A stretch of 64,000 bases of DNA from Diplonema japonicum (taxonomy: Eukaryota; Protista; Euglenozoa: Diplonemea): the NCBI GenBank assembly GCA_964019335.1, contig OZ025669.1, positions 1-64,000 of the forward strand, written 5' to 3'. Made by a program: the position numbers and the translations under genes. This document shows, in pieces, positions 1 to 8,237 of this stretch. The notes under the pieces were generated by a model. It had not been told where the DNA came from and made no database searches. It worked only from the letters and a program-made list of their open reading frames with translations. The number at the start of each line of letters is the position of its first letter. The first letter of the stretch is position 1.

Positions 1-713
1 GGGTTTGCGGGTTTGCGGGTTTGCGGGTTTGCGGGTTTGCGGGTTTGCGGGTTTGCGGGTTTGCGGGTTTGCGGGTTTGCGGGTTTGCGGGTTTGCGGGT
101 TTGCGGGTTTGCGGGTTTGCGGGTTTGCGGGTTTGCGGGTTTGCGGGTTTGCGGGTTTGCGGGTTTGCGGGTTTGCGGGTTTGCGGGTTTGCGGGTTTGC
201 GGGTTTGCGGGTTTGCGGGTTTGCGGGTTTGCGGGTTTGCGGGTTTGCGGGTTTGCGGGTTTGCGGGTTTGCGGGTTTGCGGGTTTGCGGGTTTGCGGGT
301 TTGCGGGGTTTGCGGGTTTGCGGGTTTGCGGGTTTGCGGGTTTGCGGGTTTGCGGGTTTGCGGGTTTGCGGGTTTGCGGGTTTGCGGGTTTGCGGGTTTG
401 CGGGTTTGCGGGTTTGCGGGTTTGCGGGTTTGCGGGTTTGCGGGTTTGCGGGTTTGCGGGTTTGCGGGTTTGCGGGTTTGCGGGTTTGCGGGTTTGCGGG
501 TTTGCGGGTTTGCGGGTTTGCGGGTTTGCGGGTTTGCGGGTTTGCGGGTTTGCGGGTTTGCGGGTTTGCGGGTTTGCGGGTTTGCGGGTTTGCGGGTTTG
601 CGGGTTTGCGGGTTTGCGGGTTTGCGGGTTTGCGGGTTTGCGGGTTTGCGGGTTTGCGGGTTTGCGGGTTTGCGGGTTTGCGGGTTTGCGGGTTTGCGGG
701 TTTGCGGGTTTGC
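1..713 (+). repeat. Telomere-like G-rich octamer array (GGGTTTGC)89, with one 9-nt variant unit (GGGGTTTGC at 305-313); runs off the window start
   Basis: Read directly: 38 perfect units (1-304), one unit with an extra G, then 50 perfect units ending at 713. Confidence 0.98.
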
Positions 714-1760
714 AGTCTTCGCCGCCTGGTTGACACAAGACTCGTTCCTCGGGTGCACGATGACCACGTCCATAGCCATTGGGCGGGAACCCCCCACCCC
801 ACCTGGGAAGAACACGTCCGCCGGGCGCTGGGACGACCCCGGGATCAGCCCCGTCTTCTCCATCGTTGCGCTCACCCCGGCCCACTGACAGTGTCTGTGG
901 ATGGTCTCCTTCACCCGGTCGTGCCTCGCAATCCTGGCGTTGCCGCATCCCTGGGCATGGTCACCCCATACGTCCATCCCCTCAGTCTTGCACCTCGGGT
1001 CGTGGCAGCTCTCACCCTGCTTGTAGACCGGAGCCCCCAACCACCACTTGATCAGAGCCCCAAACTCGTTGTCCGACAGCTGGTTGTAGAAGTCAGGCGT
1101 CGCCGTCAACCACGCCCCCGCATAGTGCATTGACTCCGACATCAACCTCGCTCTCGAGCGTGCATCTGCTTTCGCCAAGAGGTCCTCCAGCGCCTTCTCA
1201 TCAAGCACCCTAGAGAGCCACCTCTGGCTGCAGATGTGGGGGGCCTTGGCCACCATGTCGGGTGTAATCTGCATGCCGCCCTTCGTCCTGTTGAACCACT
1301 CGAGCCAGCTCCCCCATACACCCCCTTCCAGCCCATGTTCGTATTTGGGATCCAGCTCCTTGCACAGCTTCATCGTCGACGCCCTCGAAGCCATGTTGGC
1401 CGCGCGCAGGTGCTCCTGGCAGCTCCTCATCCCAAGCCCACCGACTTTTACGGACAGTTTCGCCTGCTGCCATTCTTTCGACCCGTCCTCGAACTGCATG
1501 CCGCACACCTTCGACATCGTCTTCCGCACCATCTCGTCGAACCTGTGCATGACCCCTCCCACATGCGAGTCTGGGACCACTCTCATGTAAAACACCAGTT
1601 TGCTGTATGAGCTGCAATACCGGAGAAGTGTGTACCCTGTCTGCCTCCCCACCTTGGTCAGCATGTCGAAGTTCTCTTCCAGCGCGTCCAAGCGTTTGTT
1701 CAGAAAGGCTTGCGTGTACTCCGGTGATCCTATCGGCGCCCCCAGGAGCATGAAGTTCCT
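714..1760 (-). pseudogene. C-terminal frame of the retroelement ORF (thumb, CCHC zinc knuckle, N-terminal half of the PD-(D/E)xK restriction-like endonuclease); no stop before the window edge, so it is absent from the ORF track
   Basis: Hand translation: RNFMLLGAPIGSPEY...SCHDPRCKTEGMDVWGDHAQGCGNARIARHDRVKE...QRPADVFFPGGVGGSRPMAMDVVIVHPRNESCVNQAAKTA, then repeat. The downstream K..KY part of the RLE is missing. Confidence 0.85.
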
Positions 1761-2914
1761 GGAAATTCTCTTCTGTCAGGCCATCGAAGCCTGTGTCCTC
1801 CACTGTCTGGGGGAGGTCGCCACTAACCCATATGAGCTCGCACTTCTGGGGTTTCACTTTCAGCCCCATCATTCCGCTCAGCTCACACAAGATGTTGTAC
1901 GCCTTTCTCACTTCATCCACATTCCCCACAAGGACGCCATCGTCCAGGTAGAACTGGAGGATGTCCAGGTTGCAGTCTTCACTTATCTTGTTCACCAGGG
2001 GTTGGATGGCCAGAGAGAACAGCAGCGGTCCCATCGGGTCCCCCTGTTGCACCCCTTCCTGGGACTTAATCACCTTTCCGTTGTAGTATAATTGGGAGGG
2101 CACCCTGTAGCACCAATCGGCCCACGCATACAGCCCCGACGCTTGCTCATAGGCCTGTGAGCACAGCTGCCTCCGACAAACACTGTTGAAGGCGTTGGCG
2201 TAGTCGATCTTGAGGATCACCTTGTTTTCCTGCTTGTTGCCCCGTTCCCTGTCCACATACTGCCTGATGGTGTGTATAGCCGCCTCCATTCCAGCAGGGA
2301 CCGATACCCCCACCTGGCCGCCTTTCTTCAGGTACGAAGAGGCCACTTCCGGAGCGATCTTCTTCACAAGGGATTTCCCCACCAGCCGACGCAGCACATC
2401 CCCAACGGCTATGGGCCGCACGTCCCTGTCGTTCTTCTTGAGGGCCACAAGGTTCGCCCCTGCCATCAGCGGAGCCACCTCCCTAGGGGCCGTGCCTCTA
2501 GCTAATGCGTTGACTGCCCTCGTCACCGACATCAAACAGCCTTGAGACTCAAAAGCTCCGTCCACCGCGTCCTTGATGTGCTGGGCTCTCAGACCAGTCG
2601 GTCCCGCAGCAGTCCCCCTCGGGAAGTCCCTGATTGCGTCCAGCACTTCTTCTGGCAAGACTTCTACCGCTTCCTTCGTCTTCGCCGGGTTGTCCCATTG
2701 GGGGTGTAGTGGCTCTGGATGTTTGCTCTGCAGCGCTCTCCAGCAATCCTCATTGTCTTCCGCCAGCCCCTGGGCTACAAGCGCCGCGTTTCCTGCCGAG
2801 AACCTCCCTTTGCTGCACAGTTCCATGGCCCTGGCGACCTTAGAGACCTCGTCGTTCTTAGGTTCCCCCTTCTCACCTGATTCCAGCTTATTCCAGAGGG
2901 CCATGTAATTTCCC
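714..2914 (-). mobile_element. CRE/SLACS/CZAR-type non-LTR retrotransposon fragment (RT + CCHC + partial RLE), truncated at both 5' and 3' ends, one frameshift near 1760
   Basis: ORF 1210..3039 carries non-LTR RT motifs in CRE style: AAGPTGLRAQH, LVALKK..VRPIAVGDVLRRL, QVGV..GMEA, KIDYANAFNSV, GVQQGDPMGPLLF, YLDD, GLKVKPQKC. After a frameshift near 1760 a second frame (hand-translated, no stops) gives LLGAPIG, KLSVKVGGLG, AGAWLTATP, CHDPRC-x10-HAQGC, RHD, RPADV and MDVVIVHP, then runs into the repeat array. Confidence 0.9.
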
Positions 2915-2967
2915 TTGCGGGGTTTGCGGGGTTTGCGGGGTTTGCGGGGTTTGCGGGGTTTGCGGGT
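2915..2967 (+). repeat. Short tract TTGC(GGGGTTTGC)5GGGT, the 9-nt variant of the terminal repeat, at the 5'-truncation point of the retroelement
   Basis: Read directly; translates as (RKP)5 on the minus strand, in frame with the RT. Confidence 0.95.
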
Positions 2968-3540
2968 ATCGTCCCATTTCCACTTCGACACGTCGGGTTC
3001 TGGAGTCGCTGCCTGTGTTAAAAAGCAAGCGAGTGTCAAGAGGTCTGCTCCAATGCCTTCCGCGTGAGCTCCTTCTGGTACTGTTTATCCTGTGAGAGCT
3101 CCTGCTGGTACTTTTCAAGATTCTTCTGCAGGTTGGTAAGGAGCCCACTTATGCTGTTGATATCCTCAGTGAGCTCTCTGTGCTCCCTTGAGTTTTCATC
3201 CTTGACTTTCTCCTAACAGCTTGGAGTTCCCGAAGCTCCTCGCTGTTCTTCTCGATCTCTTACTCAACCTTTTTGACATGTTGCTGCCCCTCTTTGACCT
3301 GTTGCTGCCACTCCTTCTCTCTCTCGATCAGCTGTCCGCTCATATTGGTGTGTTAACCCTGTGTGTTGAAAAAACTCAAATCTTTTTTCTTAAGGTTATT
3401 TGCTATGTTGACAACATCATTGCGAATGAGCCCACCAAGCTTTTGCTGTAGAACGTAGACGTACAACTCTAGAGGTCACGACCAATAGATCTTCCAAATT
3501 GTTTAGGTTGTACGTGGCTGCAAAACCTCCAACCTCCATC
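2968..3540 (-). pseudogene. Decayed coiled-coil-like coding remnant interrupted by the repeat and retroelement
   Basis: The minus strand from ATG 3343 reads MSGQLIEREKEWQQQVKEGQQHVKKVE*EIEKNSEELRELQ (in-frame TAA at 3260-3262). After a frameshift near 3215 it reads EKVKDENSREHRELTEDINSISGLLTNLQKNLEKYQQEL. An acceptor-like ...TTTTTAACACAG precedes AATPEPDVSKWKWDDT. Confidence 0.5.
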
Positions 3541-4098
3541 CATATGATCCCTTCTTGGTTCGACTTCGTTGACTGTCTGCACGCAGTAAACCTTTTGTCT
3601 GTGCTGCTGGTTTAAAAATTTGAGGCGGCAAAGGAATAATAAGAGAATATGGAAAAGTGCAGAAAGAAAAATGCAGGAAAAGGGAAAATTAAACGTTTTG
3701 TGACAGCACCGCCTTCCCGTCCTCCCATTCACTCCTCCCGTCAGGAAAGAAAATTTGATAAATTTCGGTGTGCGGGTGGGTGCTCACCGTTCAGGGAGAA
3801 ATTCACACTAATCGGTCACCGTTCTGCGGTCTGGTGCCTGCGGGCGCTGTTTGTCGCGATGAGATGGACGTCCATCTGGGCGAGAAATATTGCTGGAGTC
3901 GTAGCCCCCACCCACCTTTTTGTGGCATAAAATGGACGAACTGAAAGTACTGCACAGACTTGGTACCATGGGCATACCATGCAGCAAACCCCCTATTTAG
4001 GTGACCCGATGAAGCAGCTGCTGACAAGGAAGCGTTTCCGTTTCCATATTTTTAAAAAAACTTGGAAGACGTTTCTTTGCCAACATAGCCTGGGCTGT

Positions 4099-4112
4099 AA
4101 CCCCGCAAACCC
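4099..4112 (+). other. Isolated inverted 1.5-unit copy of the repeat (AACCCCGCAAACCC)
   Basis: Exact 14-nt reverse complement of GGGTTTGCGGGGTT found in the 2915-2967 tract and around 297-310; function unknown. Confidence 0.6.
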
Positions 4113-4630
4113 ATGGGGGGTGCTCACTATCCTTAACTTAACATTACGTGGAGTCGTGCTAGAGAAAAGTCCATCGCGAGCTCCATCGTTGCGATGAAAT
4201 ATTCGATAAAATATCAGTGTGCAGGCACTTATTTTGTGAGAAGAAGATACGGAGAGCCATTGCAACCTGAAGAAAAGAAAACGAGAAAGTAAATAAAACG
4301 TTGGCCGGCCGCAGTTATCTATAAACAGCCATGCAGGAGCTGGGGGGGGAGATCTAGCATGAGTTTGGGTTTACTCAAATGACGTCTGCTAAAGTGCCCA
4401 ACAACAAATATGAGAATACATGAAAAAAAGGGGAGCTAACGCTAAAGGTTTCGGTCCAGAAAACTCCCAATAAAAAACCTTGGGTTATTCCTGTGGACCT
4501 GTCGGCTACCTTTTCTGTCATAGCAAATGGTGAACTAGATAACCTTTTAAACAGAAATGAAAGGAAATAAAGAAAATACAGTAGTTCTTTTTCTTACCCA
4601 ATCCTTGTTACAACTAAGAAACCTTATTGA

Positions 4631-6028
4631 CTAAAGAAGCTTGCGGAACTCCTCCTCGTCTATGATCTGCGCAGGGTGATCAGACGGCACACTCTTAGGA
4701 TTGCCTGTTCCTTTTACCACCAAATTGACAACCTTAGTGAGAGAGCTCTTGCATGTGGCACCTGCTTTCTGTGCAGCCTTCTGAGCCTCGGACCTGGTGA
4801 AGTTTTCGAGTGTACCCGTGATGAGCACGTTCTTGCCAGATAAGGTCAAGCCCGTCTTTTGCTTTTTCGAACTCTTCTCCTTTTCTGCGTTCTTACGCTT
4901 TTTGGTTGGCTTCTCTTCAGAACTCTCGTCGCTCGAATCATCTGATGACTCGTCTTTTTTGGACTTCTTAGCAGAAGGCTTCCTCGAAGCCTTCTTTGCA
5001 GCCTTCTTTGCAGTTTTTCTTTTAGACTTTTCTTCTTCGCTATCACTGTCACTACTGCTGCTGCTGCTGCTGCTGTCGTCCTTCTTTCCCCTTTTGGCAG
5101 CTGGCTTCCTACTTGCCTTCTTGGTGGGCTTCTTCTCCTCTTCTTCCTCGGAATCGTCCTCAGAGGACTCATCTTTCTTTCCCTTGCCTTCCGATTTTTT
5201 GTCGCCACCTGTTCCGAAGACGCTGTTCCCGGTGGCACGATACTTGATTGCGTCCTTAACAGACACCTGCACAAGGGCATGCGTTCCTGGCAGGATAACT
5301 CTGTTTGCAGATGTAGACTGGACGAAAAGACGGTAGCCTGCCTTGATCTCCTTTGGCCCCTTGTTCAAATCCACGCCGTCCTCCCACCCTAAAGCCTCGC
5401 ACACATCAGCGTGGCCAAGATCGAATGTGTCTTTCTTGATATTGTGCAGTAGCAAATCTTTGTACTTCTGGATCTTCTCTTTCTTGCACACGGCATAGTA
5501 GCCAGACCCCTTGTTGTAGGGAACCTTGCTCCTCTCGGCTAAACTATCAAAGGTCTCCTTCTTGTCAGAAGGAGGCAAGACGACAAAAGACCCTAGAGCG
5601 CCGCTCCCTTTGTGGTTAAATTGGAAACAAGTCTGCGTCTGTTTTGACGTGATCTCACCATTATAAATCTCCCTTTTCCCGTTCTTAGTAAGGAATACCC
5701 TGTAGGGTACCACTCTCTTTGGATCAGTAAACCCGTCTTTGCAATGCATGCTGTAGCAATTGACCTTGATGGTGTACTTACCCGAGGGTGAGCTTGCCCA
5801 AAAAACATTTTCAACTGGTGTCAGGCTCTCGCCATTCACGTTCATGTCGACATCAAGCCAACCACCGCACCTGCTCTCCTTGTGATCGTAGCTGATTGTT
5901 TCCCCTGAAGGCGGAACCACGTGCAGGTCCAAGTCACAAGGGTCGTTCCATACAAGCGATGCCTGCAGCTCGTCACTGTCAATGGCCTTCTCCCTGTCAA
6001 GACGCAAACGAAGTACTTTCTCGTCCAT
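4631..6028 (-). CDS. YfaP/DUF2135-like domain + second globular domain + Lys/Ser/Glu-rich linker + C-terminal BRCT domain protein (465 aa)
   Basis: SLVWNDPCDLDLHVVPPSGETISY...GGWLDVDMN...PVENVFW...GKYTIKVNCY is the YfaP/DUF2135 pattern. The C-terminal LSGKNVLITGTLENFTRSEAQ...GATCKSSLTKVVNLVVKG...IIDEEEFRKLL is a LigA/RFC1-type BRCT. The start is set at the first true ATG (6028). Confidence 0.75.
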   Translation of the reverse strand: MDEKVLRLRLDREKAIDSDELQASLVWNDPCDLDLHVVPPSGETISYDHKESRCGGWLDVDMNVNGESLTPVENVFWASSPSGKYTIKVNCYSMHCKDGFTDPKRVVPYRVFLTKNGKREIYNGEITSKQTQTCFQFNHKGSGALGSFVVLPPSDKKETFDSLAERSKVPYNKGSGYYAVCKKEKIQKYKDLLLHNIKKDTFDLGHADVCEALGWEDGVDLNKGPKEIKAGYRLFVQSTSANRVILPGTHALVQVSVKDAIKYRATGNSVFGTGGDKKSEGKGKKDESSEDDSEEEEEKKPTKKASRKPAAKRGKKDDSSSSSSSSDSDSEEEKSKRKTAKKAAKKASRKPSAKKSKKDESSDDSSDESSEEKPTKKRKNAEKEKSSKKQKTGLTLSGKNVLITGTLENFTRSEAQKAAQKAGATCKSSLTKVVNLVVKGTGNPKSVPSDHPAQIIDEEEFRKLL

Positions 6029-6182
6029 GTTGAAGGTTGTTGAAGTTGTTATTCTGTATGGTCTTGGTTGTTTGTGATATAGGACATTATGTATAAGAGT
6101 TAACACTCACACTAATACTTCTTCTTTACTTCACTCCATTTGGGTGTCGAAGTCCTGTAGAAGTGGATGTGCTTCTTGTAAT

Positions 6183-8132
6183 TCATACCCCTTGCTTGTA
6201 GCCCCACTTAAGGAAGTTCGCATCCCAGTGAATAGGCAATTGCACTTCTCTGCCACGGAACAAAGGAGCGGGATTGTGATACATCAGCTTAAACGCAGAA
6301 GGGTCGTGCAGTTGTGTACAATAGTTCTCGACGGTAGTTCCTTGAGTGCCCATCCACCCACTGGCGACACCTTTGCGCAGCACGTAGGGATGCACAGCTT
6401 GGACAAAGTACACAGACATCAGTATCTGCCTCATCAAGGTTTGTCCCTTTTGAGACAGAGGTGTTTGTTTCACCACCTCGATGTTGATGTGTCGTAAGAA
6501 ATACTCTTGTATTTCATTAATGTAGCCTGCCTCAACTGATGCTACAGAATAGTCAGAGCACTCTCTGCGCTTTCTTTTCTTAGACTGTGTTGGTTTTGTG
6601 TCTTTGCTTGAACACTGAACACCGGGAACAGACGGCGCGCTGCCAGACAGCTGCTCAACAGGCGCGGCCAGTGCTAGAACAGAGGAAGGAACTTGCAAAG
6701 CAGCCCTTTTGTCGTCGTCATCCTTGCGTCTGACTCGAAGCTTGAACTGCGGGTGCTGGGTAGGAAAACCACTGCTGATGAGGCCCACCACCTTGTAAGT
6801 GATGGAATCAAGTTCAATCTTAAACTGTACTGTTTTCTGAAGGTCGCATCCATCATTTGTTTGCTTACTTTTCCTATCCTTTTTGTCATCTACCTCTGAC
6901 TCAAGTTTTACATCTCCAACTACGACCTTTGGTGCAGGGAACGAAGGTAAATACCGCTGGATCACTGACATGATGTTCGAGTTGCTGAGGCACGATCTTG
7001 ACTTGAGAACAGCCAAAGTCGCGTTCACGTCTTGTCGGAACTCAATCTGCTCCAACAAGCACTTCACAATCTTGAGAAGCCGTTCTGTGTCATCTGTCTC
7101 CGAGCTGACCATGTCGCAGATCCACCCTGCTGTGACACCCGTCACAAGGACGCCTTCGTGGAACAGCCCAAGGTACTCCTCTGCATCTGACGAAGCATTC
7201 ATGAGGATGGTGTGGTCGTACCTCTTTGTATCCGCAAAGCCGGCAACTACCTTCTGCGTGCTGGGCCTGAAGTAAAACTTTAGAACCGGCGAATCATCAG
7301 CAGAAGGCTTCAGCTTAACAGCAAGTGTCAAAGGGTACAGTTCTGTGGCAACAGAGTTTTCGGCTAAGAACTTACCCGCCTTGATGAAGCTGCGAGCCGC
7401 ATTCACAGAACCATTGATAGATACACTGCCCGGACCGAGAGCAGCAATAAAGCTTTGTTGTATGGTATACAGCGCAATGGGCAGGTGTGACGGCGTCAGT
7501 CCACCTAGGGCATCAGGGAGCCCCCCGACTGCTGTGTGGACCTTCTGCACTTTGGTGATTAACTCTTCAAGAGGGCCAATGGCGGCCTGGAAAAACTTTT
7601 TATACCCTTTTAATGCAGATGTGTGCTGAACTCGTTCCTTCTGACACTCGCTCAAAATAGACGCCTTCTCAGAAGAGAGATCCAGCTCGTATTGGATTCT
7701 ACGCTTCAAAAGGTCGCATTTGCTCTCTGTTGTACCCTCAGGGAGAGGATTTTTTGCATGGAAGGTCTCGATGTCAACACTCAGCTTTTCTTCGATATCT
7801 GTGATTTTCTGTACAGACTCTGCAATTACGTCCAGACAAATGTTCCCTGTCTTCAAAAGCTCCTTGGATGCTGCCTCGTTTGCCTCCTGCTGCAAGCCCT
7901 GTTCGCTGTACTTTGCCACGCCATGCTTCCTGCGCTCCAACGACAGAAATACGTCTCTCCTAGTCTGCCGCGCTTTCATGGCATCCAAAGCGACACGCCT
8001 TCGTAGCTTCTCTGCTTCCTCCTTCGACAGATCGCCCACATTGGCTACGGCCTCTGCTGACTCCCTCAGCCGTTCCAAGGCGCTCCTGTACTCCTCCACG
8101 CCTACAAGCCCTTCGTTGTCGTACTCCGCCAT
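6183..8132 (-). CDS. THOC5: Divergent THO complex subunit 5-like protein (649 aa)
   Basis: N-terminal coiled coil with ..ETF..NP...LLKRRIQYEL.., then HLPIALYTI (cf. LPxPLYVL) and C-terminal LFRGREVQLPIHW (cf. RG..R..PF.Y); length fits. Recognised by eye only. Confidence 0.55.
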   Translation of the reverse strand: MAEYDNEGLVGVEEYRSALERLRESAEAVANVGDLSKEEAEKLRRRVALDAMKARQTRRDVFLSLERRKHGVAKYSEQGLQQEANEAASKELLKTGNICLDVIAESVQKITDIEEKLSVDIETFHAKNPLPEGTTESKCDLLKRRIQYELDLSSEKASILSECQKERVQHTSALKGYKKFFQAAIGPLEELITKVQKVHTAVGGLPDALGGLTPSHLPIALYTIQQSFIAALGPGSVSINGSVNAARSFIKAGKFLAENSVATELYPLTLAVKLKPSADDSPVLKFYFRPSTQKVVAGFADTKRYDHTILMNASSDAEEYLGLFHEGVLVTGVTAGWICDMVSSETDDTERLLKIVKCLLEQIEFRQDVNATLAVLKSRSCLSNSNIMSVIQRYLPSFPAPKVVVGDVKLESEVDDKKDRKSKQTNDGCDLQKTVQFKIELDSITYKVVGLISSGFPTQHPQFKLRVRRKDDDDKRAALQVPSSVLALAAPVEQLSGSAPSVPGVQCSSKDTKPTQSKKRKRRECSDYSVASVEAGYINEIQEYFLRHINIEVVKQTPLSQKGQTLMRQILMSVYFVQAVHPYVLRKGVASGWMGTQGTTVENYCTQLHDPSAFKLMYHNPAPLFRGREVQLPIHWDANFLKWGYKQGV

Positions 8133-8237
8133 TCCGCCTGCTGTGGTGTGGTGAGAAATGAAGTAAGTTGTCTTTGGGTAACAGAACTACCAAAACTAAT
8201 ACTAGCTACTGGCTGTGTTTCTGATGAGTCTTAAGAA

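Noticed and set aside
1-713. Canonical left telomere
   Set aside because: The G-rich strand points inward, opposite to normal polarity; retained only as telomere-like.
5-1133. Three + strand ORFs of (GFAGLRVC)n
   Set aside because: They are translations of a stop-free 8-bp repeat with TTG starts, and their tails are antisense to the retroelement.
1210-1760. C-terminal ~180 aa of ORF 1210..3039
   Set aside because: Out-of-frame read-through after the frameshift; the conserved motifs are in another frame.
714-2967. Intact active retrotransposon with target-site duplication
   Set aside because: It has a frameshift near 1760, lacks the N-terminus, the end of the RLE and the 3' UTR, and the flanks are different repeat variants rather than a unique TSD.
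6029-6106. N-terminal extensions from non-ATG starts (also 12474-12584)
   Set aside because: Non-ATG starts in a eukaryote; ATGs at 6028 and 12473 follow acceptor-like AGs, and the second extension overlaps the upstream gene.
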